DNA from: an uncultured delta proteobacterium
GTDB taxonomy: Bacteria; Desulfobacterota; Binatia; HRBIN30; BPIQ01
Assembly: GCA_963761335.1 (NCBI GenBank)
Contig: CAVXGR010000011.1
Location: forward strand, 256,001 to 320,000
DNA length: 64,000 bases
Direction: 5' to 3'
The translations under genes and the position numbers were made by a program. The notes beneath the pieces were generated by a model, which saw only the letters and a program-made list of their open reading frames with translations, searched no databases and was not told where the DNA came from. Positions within the stretch are counted from its first letter, which is position 1; every line of letters starts with the position of its first letter. Shown piece by piece: positions 36,935 to 47,249 of the stretch.

Positions 36935-38638
36935 TCAGGGTGCGACGTGCACCGCCTTGAACAGGCTGCCGTCGTTCTTCTTCTCGTCTGCCGCAGAGAA
37001 CTGCTGCTCCCAGCAGCCGGCGTCGCTGGTGAGAACCTGCGCCGTCACCGGATAGGTGATGCCGGCGATGCCGATTGTCGGGATGTTCGCTCCCAGCCCC
37101 TTGAAGAGCAGCTTGGCCTTGCCTGACGAGCTCGCCTTCCCCTTCACGCCCTTCACCCCGTCGTTGCCCTTGGCGGGGTCGTTGTACTTCACCCCGTTGG
37201 GGCTGCCGCTCGGTCCGGTGAAGCTCCAGCAGGGCTTGGAGCCGCAGGTCGATGCGGCCGGGGCGGTGGCGCTCACCAGCACCTTGTTGGCGTCCGAGAC
37301 GCACAGAGTGTAGTCCGTGGACGCCGTCGGATCACCGAAGTCGCCGATGTCGATGTCGCCCTTGAGCCACTTGAAGAGGACCTGGTCCTTGGCATCCGTC
37401 GGATTGTCCTTGATCAGCAGGATGCTCTTGCCGTTGGTGGCGTTGCAGCCGCTGGCGACCGCCGGCGTGTGGACACAGCCGAGCGGGGACTGACAGGCGT
37501 CCGCGGTGCAGACGTTGCCGTCGTCGCAATCGAGGGTGCCGCCGCCGACGCACTGCAGGCTGGCGTTGCAGACATCGTTGATCGTACAGCCGTCGCCGTC
37601 GTCGCAGGGATCGTTCTCCGCAGCACAGGTGGCATTGGTGCGCACCGCGACGACGAACGGCGAGAGGCTGTCGACCTGAGCACAGATGATGTTGTTCACC
37701 GTATCGCGCATCGAGGTACGGTCGACAAAGACTTTCGGGTCTCCCTCTCCATGCATGAAGCTCAGTGCCGTCTCGGGAATCGGCGGCGACGTTCCGCCGA
37801 GATAGCCAGCATTGTTCGGATCGCTGTACGTCGAGCAGATCGTGATCGGAGGAACGACCGTGGCGGTCGTGCTGACCTCGAGAAAGACGGCGTTGTAGCC
37901 GTAGACGGAGCCCGCGAAGTTGGCCGGGATCTCCGCGGAGGAGTTGGACGAGGCGAGCACCGTGGTGGTCCCCCCACCGGTCACCTGCGAGAAGTTGACG
38001 CCGACGTCGATCGGCACCTGCTGGCCCGAGACCGGATCGAAGAAGACCGTGTCCGGGAAGCTCACCGTCTGATCGCTGCCCGTCGAGGTCGTCTGCGCGC
38101 GAAAGGCGTTGATGCCGGCCGTGCCGGTGAACACGCCATTCGGAGTGGTGAACGGGCAACCGGCGATGGGCGGCGGCGTCCCTCCGATGTTGATCTGACC
38201 GTCTATCGTGTAGGTCACGCCGGAGCCGATCGCGGCCGGCAGAGTCCCGGCGACGTTTTCCACGCTCTCGGTGATGAAGTTGTACCCCGTGCACAACGGT
38301 TGGTCGATGCAGACAGTCTTCACCGAGAGATCGAGGGAAAAGATCGAGCTGTCGGGATACGACTCGCAGTGCGCCAGCTGCGGGACACCGCCGCTGGTTC
38401 CGCCGAAGCACACCATCTGCCCGACATCGGTGTTCAGGTTCACATTGGTTCCGAAGACGTCGTAGGTCTGGTCCACATAGCCCGTGCTGGTGGTACAGAT
38501 CGTGTTGTCGTCGGGCGTTTCAACCTCGACCTCGACGACGATGCCCCCTGTACCGACGGGCACCGCCCCGGCGTTCCCGGCCAGACAGATCATTGCGATC
38601 ATTGTCATGATAGTAGCGCTACAGCGGAACGACAGCAT
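36935..38638 (-). CDS. Secreted Cys-rich protein with CDDG.xCT repeats and a Lys-rich C-terminal domain
   Basis: Signal peptide ending AGA; CDDGDGCT and CDDGNVCT repeats; GAGGAG RBS. Confidence 0.8.
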   Translation of the reverse strand: MLSFRCSATIMTMIAMICLAGNAGAVPVGTGGIVVEVEVETPDDNTICTTSTGYVDQTYDVFGTNVNLNTDVGQMVCFGGTSGGVPQLAHCESYPDSSIFSLDLSVKTVCIDQPLCTGYNFITESVENVAGTLPAAIGSGVTYTIDGQINIGGTPPPIAGCPFTTPNGVFTGTAGINAFRAQTTSTGSDQTVSFPDTVFFDPVSGQQVPIDVGVNFSQVTGGGTTTVLASSNSSAEIPANFAGSVYGYNAVFLEVSTTATVVPPITICSTYSDPNNAGYLGGTSPPIPETALSFMHGEGDPKVFVDRTSMRDTVNNIICAQVDSLSPFVVAVRTNATCAAENDPCDDGDGCTINDVCNASLQCVGGGTLDCDDGNVCTADACQSPLGCVHTPAVASGCNATNGKSILLIKDNPTDAKDQVLFKWLKGDIDIGDFGDPTASTDYTLCVSDANKVLVSATAPAASTCGSKPCWSFTGPSGSPNGVKYNDPAKGNDGVKGVKGKASSSGKAKLLFKGLGANIPTIGIAGITYPVTAQVLTSDAGCWEQQFSAADEKKNDGSLFKAVHVAP

Positions 38639-38749
38639 CGGGATCTCCTCTTTCCTTTTCTGCACCGGATTACTCGAGAACTTGGTTGCTCTTTATCTTC
38701 TCGATACAAACCAGCGTCATCGCCGCATTTAGATCGCCGTCGCTGTCAC

Positions 38750-38787
38750 TGTCAATTAGGGTTTTCCCTAGCCTAGGGTTTTCCCTA
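38750..38787 (-). promoter_or_regulatory. Tandem palindromic operator (TAGGGTTTTCCCTA x2, 17-bp period) abutting a TTGACA -35
   Basis: Exact copies at 38757-38770 and 38774-38787; minus-strand TTGACA at 38750-38755. Confidence 0.65.
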
Positions 38788-38836
38788 GCCCTCGCCGCCG
38801 GACGCAACGGGCGCCGACACCGCAACCCCGATCCGC

Positions 38837-39714
38837 TCAGCTTCGGCGACCGGTGATGGCCTGCAAGAGGATGGAGAGAACGCCGCGATTCGCCAGATAG
38901 CCCGGGTGCCGCGCCACGGCGCGCAGCGCCCTACGCATCGTTTCGGCGCGCTCACCGCGCCGATGCAGCTCGAAGGCCTCAGCGATATCGATCGCAGCGA
39001 GGGCGCGCCGGTGCTCCGCCTGCGTCGTCCAGCCGTGCCGGCGCTTGGCACACTCGGCGACGCGAGCAGCAGCGAGCCGGTGCCGGCCGGTGAGCGAATC
39101 CGCGTGCTCGCGCCGGTAGTAGAGTGTCTTGCGAAGCGCCGCCAGGCGGAATCGGCGCGCCGCGCGCAGCCAGTAGTCGTAATCCTCTGCCAGGACGGCC
39201 CCGGGATCGTATTCGCCGATGGCTTCGTACACATCGCGGCGGTGCAGCCGGCAGTAACCGACACAGTTGCCCTGCGCCAAGGCGGATGGCGGCTCGACGT
39301 GGACCTCGTCGAGGACGGTCCCGGCCGCGTCGATCACCCAGTAGTCGGCGTACACGAAGGCCACCTGCGGATGCGACTCGAGGAACGCCAGCATCTCTTC
39401 GATCGCGTCCGGGGCAAAGCGGTCGTCGTCTCCAGTCCACGTCAAGTACGCGCCATGCGCTTGCCGGAAGCCGGTGTTGAGGGCTTCCGGCAAGCCGCGG
39501 TTGCGCTCGTGCCGCAGCACCGTCAGACGCGGATCATCGAAGCCGCGCGACACCTCCGCGGTGGCGTCGGTGCTGCCATCGTCCACGACGATCAGCTCGA
39601 GGTCTCGGTGCGTCTGCGCGAGACAGTCCTCGATCGCTCCCCGCAGAAAGGCAGCGCGGTTGAACGTCGGCACCACGATGCTGACCTGGCGATCGCCGGG
39701 GATGGAGGCGACAT
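38837..39714 (-). CDS. Glycosyltransferase family 2 (start uncertain; probable frameshift near the 5' end)
   Basis: VSIVVPTFN, VDDGSTD, GDDD, EDYDYWLR motifs; the ATG at 39714 is out of frame. Confidence 0.85.
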
Positions 39715-39768
39715 CCAGGCCTCACAGCCGCGGCCATCAATAGACCGTGAGATCATAGGGGGAGCCTG

Positions 39769-41070
39769 TTACTCCAGGGCGTAGCGCTTGAGCTTGTCGT
39801 AGAGAGTGCGCAGGCCGATGCCGAGCTGCTCGGCAGCCAGCCGGCGGTTGCCGTTGCTGCGGGCGAGAGCCTGGCGGATCGCCTCGCGCTCCAGGGCGTC
39901 GAGGGGAACGATCTCCCCACCGCGCCGCCCCGGCGGCGCGGTCACACCGAGATCCTGCGCCTCGACGGTCCCGCCTCGGTGAGAATGACGGCGCGCTCCA
40001 GGGCGTTGGCCAGCTCGCGCACGTTGCCCGTCCACTCGGCTTCGGCGATGGTCTTCTTGGCGCTCTCGCCGAGACACGCCCCGCCGCAGCCGATCTCGCG
40101 GGCGATGCGCTCGAGGAGAACCTCGGCGAGGGGCAGGATATCGGCGCGGCGCTCGCGCAGGGGCGGCAAGTGAACCGGAAAGACGGCGAGGCGATGGTAG
40201 AGGTCCTCACGGAACCTCTCCGCCCGCATGAGTGCCTGCAGGTCCTTGTTGGTGGCAGCGATCCAGCGGACATCGGCTTCGATCGTCTGTGACCGCCGAC
40301 GCGCTCGAGCGGCGGTCCCGGAGGACCCGCAGGAGCTTCGTCTGGAGCTCCGAGCTTGAGCTCCGCGACCGGTCGAGAACAAGGTGCCGCCGTCGGCGAG
40401 GTCGAGCGCTCGCGGTGCCTGGCGGTGGGACCGGTGAAAGAGCCTCTCGGGGCCGAACAGCTCGCTATCGAGCAGGCTCTCGGCAAGGGCGGCGCAGTTG
40501 ACGGCGACGAACGGTCCGGCGGAGCGCTCACTCCAGGCGTGGATGGCGCGCGCCGCGACCTCCTTGCCCGTGCCGCTCTCGCCGAGAAGAAGCACCGTCG
40601 AAGAGGTTCGCGCGACCTTGCGGATGGCGTCGACCACCGGTGCAATAGCCGCCTCGCCGTAGGTGAGCGACGGTACTCGGCCTTGTCGCGGGGGGAGCGG
40701 TCGCGGGTCGCGACGAGCGACTGCCTCTCGAACGCCCGCGCCACCAGAAGGCGAAGCTCGGCGGGTCCGCTGATCGGCATGCGAGATAGTAGCGGCGCCG
40801 CTCCATGCTCGAGGCGGTTCGAGGCGGCGCGGTCGGCGCCATCCTCCCCGGCCTCCCAGGCGCGCCCCGGCGCAGCAATGCCATACCGTCGAGGCGCGGC
40901 ATGCGCAGGTCGGTGATCATCAGATGGAAGGTGTGCGCCGCGAGCAGGCGCAGCGCCTCCTGGCCGTCTCCCGCTTCGGTGACCGCGTGGCCCTCCGAGG
41001 TCAGGGCCTCGCTGATGAAAGCGATGATGTCCTCCTCGTTCTTCACGACACAAATGGCGTAGAGCCTCAT
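39769..41070 (-). pseudogene. NtrC-family sigma54 response regulator, multiply frameshifted
   Basis: Receiver [33 protein letters not shown] and Fis HTH are scattered across frames. Confidence 0.85.
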
Positions 41071-42385
41071 CGGGTCGATCGCGGATCGGCACGGAACGAT
41101 CGCACCCGCCTGGGGCCGTTGGCAGGCGCTGAGCGCCCGCCGTGCAGGGGGACGATGCGGCGTGCCACCTCCAGCCCAAACCGGTGCAGCGCTCAGCGTG
41201 GTCACGAACGGCTCGAAGATGTTCTCCACCATGTCCTCCGGGATACCCGCGCCGAAGTCGCGGACACGAACACCAGCTCGCGGTTCTCCACCGCCACCGT
41301 CGCCTGCGGGCGCTCGCCATTGCCCTCCGACTGTACGGCATTGCGCAGCAGGTTGGTCGACACCTGATGCATGCCCAGGCGATCCAGCCGCCAGCGGATC
41401 GGTGCCGGCGGAGCGATGACCTCGACCGCCTCCTCATCGACGGAAGCCGCGGCTTCGCGCAACAGCGTCATCGCATCGACCTCTGCGGATCGATGCGATC
41501 CGAGCCCACGAGACCGAGAAGATCCTCGCAGAGCCGCTCGAGGCGCACCGCCTCGCGCACGATGCGCTCCGCCTTGCCGTGCTCTCTTCCGTCGGCGGGC
41601 AAGGCCTCGGCCAGCAGCTGCGCGTGCCCCTTCAGAGAGGCCAGCGGATTGCGCAGCTCGTGAGCGACCACGGCCGACATTTCGCCGAGCGCCGCGAGCC
41701 GGCGAGCCCGCTCGCTCGCCGCCTGCAGGTGCTCGGCGCGAACCGAGAGCCGCCACAGGGCGAAGCCGGCTGCGGCCAGCGCCACGAGAGTGGCGAGGCT
41801 GATCAGCAGAGTGCGCACCGCGGCGGCGTGCGTCTGCGCGCCGCGGATCGGCTGGAACTCGATGAAGATCGACAAGCTGGGACCCGGCAAGGCGATGGCC
41901 GGCTTCCGGCCGCGGCGGTGGCGCTCTCCAGGGTACGCAGCGGCCTCGAGCTCGGTGTCGTAGAGAGCTGCGCCGGCCGATGCCGAGCTGTTCGGCAGCC
42001 AGGAGATGGAGGTGATCGTGCTGAGTGGGGGGAAGCGGGCATCGCTCGGGAAAGGCGCTGTCGGCGTCTCGCACGTCCCGGCGCGCTGCAGGATCTCCGA
42101 CCGCGGCGCCAGCAGCACCACGCAGCGCAGGCCCTGGGACCAGCCATGCCGCAGCGTCTCTGAAGAGAGGCCGCATCCGGCGCCCGCCTGGGCGAAAGGT
42201 GCGCCGCACCGCGTGCATGAAGACCTCGGCGAGACCGAGGTCGGCGGCGCGCGACACCGCCGCGACGCTGCTGAAGCTCTGCCAGAGGTGATCGCCAGCG
42301 CCGTGCCGACCACGGCGAGGATCACCACCTGCGCCCGGCGCGAGCGCCGCAGAGGTCCGACTCGGCGTGCTTCGCTACACTTCAC
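41070..42385 (-). pseudogene. Sensor histidine kinase, multiply frameshifted
   Basis: AHELRNPL H-box, NLLRNA N-box and DFGAGI..IFEPF lie in different frames. Confidence 0.85.
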
Positions 42386-42477
42386 ATTCGCGATCCCCGG
42401 CCCGACCCGACTGCATCGCGGGACGCAGGCGGGGGGAGCAATTCAGAATCTCATCTCCTCCAGACCAGGCACCGGCG

Positions 42478-43983
42478 TCAAATCGTGTCGAGGAAATCGA
42501 GCAGCTGCTGCTGCTCCGCGGGCGTCAACCCCCGGTATGCCTGCGCCGCCGTTCTCCCCTGCCCGTCGTGCAGCGAGATGGCGTCGGCGGCGCTCGTCGC
42601 TCTGCCGTCGTGCAGGAATCGGGAGCGGCCCCGCAGCCCCCACAACGGCGACGTGCGCATCTGCCGCGGCCCGGCGTCACCGGAGGTGATGCCGTCGCCG
42701 AGAGAGCCCATGTCGTGCAACAGGAAATCCGAGAACGGGTGAAAGTTTTGCCCCGCCAGGGCCGCGCTGACCACGCTGCTGACCGGGATACCGCCGGTGG
42801 TCGGCGGGACGAATGACGCCGGGTTGCCGGCGGTCGTCAGCGTCTCGAGATGGCAGCCGCCGCAGCCGATCTGGTTGAAGAGAGCATGGCCGGCCTGAGC
42901 GTCAGGGGTGTCCGCCAAGTGGGGCGGCGGCTCCAGGGCGCGGATGAAGTCGGCGAAGCGATCGACGTCGTTGCGGCCGTCCTCCTCGGTGGCGTCCTCC
43001 GGGTCATCGCCGGTGTCGAGCAGCACGCCGAACATCACCTTGTCGAGGGCGCAGGTGCTGACCTCGTCGGGGAAGTCCGGGCTGGTGACCCCCATCTCAT
43101 TCAGATAGGCGTCGGCGGCAAAGGCACGCAGGGTGGCGTGGTCGTTTTTCCAGCCGAAGCGGCCGACGCGCAGGGCGCCGATCTCGTTCACCCGCTTGAC
43201 GACGCCGCGGATCGGCGGCGGCTGCGCCGCGGCGATGGAGTCGAAGGCACCGTCGGCGACGGCCTCCACGAAGCCGAGACCGAACAAGGGCGTGGACTGG
43301 CGCTCGCCGACACAGTTGGCACCGGCGGCAAAGCTGGCGCTCGAGGGATCGCAGATCTTCAGCGTCGGCCGGAAGGTCGTGCGGCGCATCTCCTCCCTCT
43401 GACAACGCGATTTGCGGCACTTCGGCGAGGTGATCTGGCACCCGATCGGGGTGGCGACGAGGCCGTCGCCGAAGATCGTGAAGGGCCCCTGACTCTGCGG
43501 ACCGCCGCGCAACATGTTGTCGCTCGCAAAGATATGCAGCGGCCCCGAGGCGGTGTTGTCGCGGACGCGCATCTCGTTGATGAAGGCGCCGGAGCCGCCG
43601 AGCGCCGGCTGAAAGTGACAGGAGCCGCAGGATCGGCTGTTGAAGAGCGGCCCGATGAGAGGCAGCTCCTCGACCTCGAGGAAATCCGCCTGCCCGTCGG
43701 CAAAGAGCTGCAGGTCAGCGGCGTTCTGCGGATCCAGCAGGGCCGCGAGCGGCATGCCGAAGCCGGACACGTACACGACCGCCGACGGCGGCGGCGGCGC
43801 CGAACGCGGCTGTAGCGCCCCGGGCCGCGGCGGACGGGGTTGCGCCAGAGCCGCCGAGGCCAGCGCCAGCGCCGCGAGCCCGCCGCCGACCGCCGCCACA
43901 CGAACGGCCCGGCTCGTCCGCGATGAGCACCTGCGGCTCACGCCGCGCCACTCTCCACGCCATACGATCTGCCTTGTCGTCAT
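42478..43983 (-). CDS. Di-heme oxidoreductase-like (DUF1111/DHOR) periplasmic protein
   Basis: Signal peptide; GPLFN..SCGSCH, GRFGWK, CGGCH, LLHDMG, LWGL, HDGRA motifs. Confidence 0.88.
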   Translation of the reverse strand: MTTRQIVWRGEWRGVSRRCSSRTSRAVRVAAVGGGLAALALASAALAQPRPPRPGALQPRSAPPPPSAVVYVSGFGMPLAALLDPQNAADLQLFADGQADFLEVEELPLIGPLFNSRSCGSCHFQPALGGSGAFINEMRVRDNTASGPLHIFASDNMLRGGPQSQGPFTIFGDGLVATPIGCQITSPKCRKSRCQREEMRRTTFRPTLKICDPSSASFAAGANCVGERQSTPLFGLGFVEAVADGAFDSIAAAQPPPIRGVVKRVNEIGALRVGRFGWKNDHATLRAFAADAYLNEMGVTSPDFPDEVSTCALDKVMFGVLLDTGDDPEDATEEDGRNDVDRFADFIRALEPPPHLADTPDAQAGHALFNQIGCGGCHLETLTTAGNPASFVPPTTGGIPVSSVVSAALAGQNFHPFSDFLLHDMGSLGDGITSGDAGPRQMRTSPLWGLRGRSRFLHDGRATSAADAISLHDGQGRTAAQAYRGLTPAEQQQLLDFLDTI

Positions 43984-44014
43984 ATGTCCCCCTGTTTTCG
44001 CGCGGCCCGTCAAC

Positions 44015-44030
44015 AGCAATGGCGGTGCCA
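44015..44030 (-). promoter_or_regulatory. Sigma54 promoter TGGCAC-CGCCA-TTGCT
   Basis: -24/-12 consensus with correct GG-N10-GC spacing, ~31 bp upstream of the DHOR start. Confidence 0.75.
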
Positions 44031-44209
44031 TGTGCGGGCGGCTACCGTCCGGCGGAGATGGTTGCCCGAGAGAGCTGCTCGACTGCGGATCTCGCATCAG
44101 GCGCAATGCGAAATCCGCAGGCAGACGTGTTTGACAACACGCCTGCCCCCATGAGAGACCCGCCGGCGGGTGTGGCGCTCTGGGCAACGCCGCGGAAGGG
44201 TAGGCAAGC

Positions 44210-45394
44210 GTGCGGGGACGTGTTCTCTGGGTTGGGCTGTCGATGGCGCTGGCACTGTGCTGCGGCTTGCGGGGAGCTGCCTTCAGCGCCGATCTGGTGT
44301 GCGTCGGCGACTGCAACGACGACGGCAGCATCACCTTGGCCGACATTCTCACCGGCATCGCGCAGATATTCGACAGCGCGGCGATCGCCGACTGCTCGAG
44401 CTTCGACTCGGCACCGGCGGACGGCGTCGTCAGGGCCAACGAGATCACCGGCGCCGTGCTCGCCGCCGGCATCTGCATACCCTCGACGCCGGCGGCCGCG
44501 GTGGCGGGCGACACGGCCATCGTGGCCAACGCCCTCGGGGTGATACCGAAGGTGGTCGCCGCCCTCGTCAGCGGCTTCGTCTACGGAACGCCAATGGCGC
44601 CGCTGGCCCGCGGGCCGAGCCCGCAGCCACAGGACTGTCCCCTGGGCGGAACGGCGCTTCGCATCGGCACCATTCCCACCGTGCAGGTCGCTCTCGCCAG
44701 CTGTAAGGTGCCGGCGGCCGGCGGCAGCGTCACCTTCCAGGGGGCCATCAACCTCAACCTGGACAGCTTCACCGCCTTCGTCGTCTCGACCTTCGAAGAC
44801 GCCGGAGGGACGCCGGGGCTGACCGCGACCGCCGACCTCAGCGGCACGGTCGGCGCCACCCTCGGCGGAGCTTGCTACGTGGCCGACGCCATCATCGCGG
44901 CCGCGGGGCGGCTGAGCGCCGCCACCGCCGACGGACAAATGGTCTCACTGGCGACGCAGCGACTGGATGTCGCCATCAGCGACCTGGTCTTCGGCACCAA
45001 CTGCGCCCCGGTCGGCTACCGGTTGGTCATCAACGGCGCCGCCACCCTCGGCAGCTCGGCGGGCAACGGCGCCAATGCCTCATTCCAGGACTTCGTCATG
45101 ACCGTCGATGAATCCGTCGACCCCGCGAGCCTCACTCTCGACGGCGCCTTTTCCTCCGATTGCTTCGGCGGTGCCGTCACCCTGGCCACCCAGATGCCCA
45201 TCGCTCTTCCCGGCGGCCAGATCTGCCCGGTGGGGGGTACCGTGGACGCCACCCTCACCGACGGCGCGGCGCGCATTCTCTACGGCGCCGACGGCTCCGT
45301 ACAGATCGATCTGGGCCCCGACGAGAGCATCGACGAGGTATTTCCTCAATGCCTCGATCCACGCCTGGCGATGTGCCCGAGCTCAGGCATGTGA
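44210..45394 (+). CDS. Secreted protein with N-terminal dockerin/EF-hand-like motif
   Basis: Signal peptide; CVGDCNDDGSITLADI; Cys- and Gly-rich beta body. Confidence 0.78.
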   Translation: MRGRVLWVGLSMALALCCGLRGAAFSADLVCVGDCNDDGSITLADILTGIAQIFDSAAIADCSSFDSAPADGVVRANEITGAVLAAGICIPSTPAAAVAGDTAIVANALGVIPKVVAALVSGFVYGTPMAPLARGPSPQPQDCPLGGTALRIGTIPTVQVALASCKVPAAGGSVTFQGAINLNLDSFTAFVVSTFEDAGGTPGLTATADLSGTVGATLGGACYVADAIIAAAGRLSAATADGQMVSLATQRLDVAISDLVFGTNCAPVGYRLVINGAATLGSSAGNGANASFQDFVMTVDESVDPASLTLDGAFSSDCFGGAVTLATQMPIALPGGQICPVGGTVDATLTDGAARILYGADGSVQIDLGPDESIDEVFPQCLDPRLAMCPSSGM

Positions 45395-45541
45395 AGGCCA
45401 CCGTCACTCTGCGGTGTTTTTGGGAGGTTGTTGATTGTATGAGTTAGATCGGCACCGCGTGCCCGGCTGAAGAGATAGGATGTGGGAAGGAGATAGAAGA
45501 CCATCTAGACAATCTCCCCAGGAGAGAGTGGCAGCGCGTCG

Positions 45542-47190
45542 CTACGTCGGAAGCTGTGTACGACACGACGCGCGGAAAGGTACCGCTGCAGCGCTCAGCT
45601 TGCGATGGAGAGCGCGCAGATGATTATGACACGGCGAAGGCTCGTCAGTACGGGGCCACGTCTTCCAGATAGGCGAAGAGGCCCTGAGACTACCGGTGGA
45701 GATAACATACAGCGAGATGATGGGATGCACGGTCACTTCTGTGTCTATAACAGCGGCCTGGAGGTATAGCTCAAGAGCCGCTCATCAAGAGAAGCAGTGA
45801 ACGCATGACTTACCGGAAACCCACCGGTGTTCCGACTCACCGCGTCTGGAAGCCCGTCCCCACCTCGGGGTTGAGTCGATAGGCGTAAAGCATCGCCCAT
45901 GGGCTGGTCGGGTGCGAGGAAATTCCCGGCGCCAAGGTAGTATCCCTTCTGCAATCCCGGCGGAGGCCATTCTCGGCGGTCTTCCACCTCTACTCTCCCA
46001 TCGTGAAGTAGTGCACGGGCGGCTCGGCCTCAATACCCGTGTACATCCCTCGGAGGTGGTAGTCGAAGAAGCGGAGCAACTCGCCCACCTGGTCGAAATC
46101 CGCCGAGGAGGGGACGGCGAAGGGGCTAAGGTTTTGGGACCACCGTGGGCCCACGGACCGAGGGTGAGCGGCTACCGGTGTGCGCACGTACAGGTAGCGC
46201 TTGATCGCGCCGTGCACATAGGCGGCATCGAAACAGCTGTAGTAGCTGTAAACGGCGCATGCGAGTTCTGCATTGCCTGAGCGAAGCGATGGGAGCTGAT
46301 GTCGTCGATCGTAAAGCCCCCCACGTCCTCATCGCGATATGTCACGCCGGCTAGCGCCGCGTACGCGTCAAGTTCGCCGAGTGCTCGCGGATCGCCGCCG
46401 TGAGCATGGAGCGGTCGCGGTCCACATCGACAGGGCGAATGCCTGCCCGATGAGCACTCCGCCCATCCGCATCCACCAGGGCAAGCTTGCGGGAAGGCTT
46501 CCGCTGTCGAGCGCCTTGGTGAAAGGTGCCCATATATCCGCCAGGGCGCGGAAGTAGATCCCTCCGGGAAAGGCCAAGTCGGCGTATTCGTCGAAGTCGG
46601 TGAAACGCAAGGCGACAGCCTTTACCGCGGGATGTCGTTCACCAGCAGAAGCTGAGCGGTCATACCACCATAAGACACGCCGGTCGCACCGACGACCCCG
46701 TTCGACCACGGCTGCCGGATGACCCAATCGACGATCTCGCCACCGTCGCGGATCTGATCGATCGAGAAGGTCGGGGTCGGGCAGCTCCCGAACGAGGCAC
46801 CCGTGCCGCGAACGTCGACATCGACCCATGCGTAGCCCCGACTGACAAAGCGCTTCTTCTCCGCCCCGTCCTGGATTTCCGGAAAGAACAGCTGGAACGG
46901 CCACGGCACCGACACGGAGCGCCAGTAACGAGTCTGATGAAGAATGGTCGGAACCTTTCGTTGGGCGCTAACCCCGAGGGGAGCAAGACGTCGACGGCGA
47001 TCTTCACCCCATCGCGCATCGTCAGGTAACGCGACGAGAATCCCAGCCCTTTGTAGCGCCAGGAGGAAGAGCTCCCCGGCACCCTTGGCTGGTCCCAGCC
47101 GGCGAGCACGTCACTGCGGCTCTGGTTCTTTGCAAAGGCCACGAGCGCCATCACCAGCGCAGCGCACGTAACCAGTGCCCGCCCCCATGT
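45542..47190 (-). pseudogene. CocE/NonD family serine hydrolase, frameshifted and degraded at the 3' end
   Basis: MRDGVKIAVD, DVRGTGASFG, WSNG.VG..GVSYGG and PVHYFTMG fall in different frames; locally lower GC. Confidence 0.8.
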
Positions 47191-47249
47191 CCGCGCGCAT
47201 GACGAGCGGCCGGGCGGAGCGGAGCTCCCGCGGGGCCTCGGCCCGTCTC

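Noticed and set aside
39769..42385. Programmed frameshifting or recoding in the two-component genes
   Set aside because: Too many irregular indels without slippery sites; error or decay is more parsimonious
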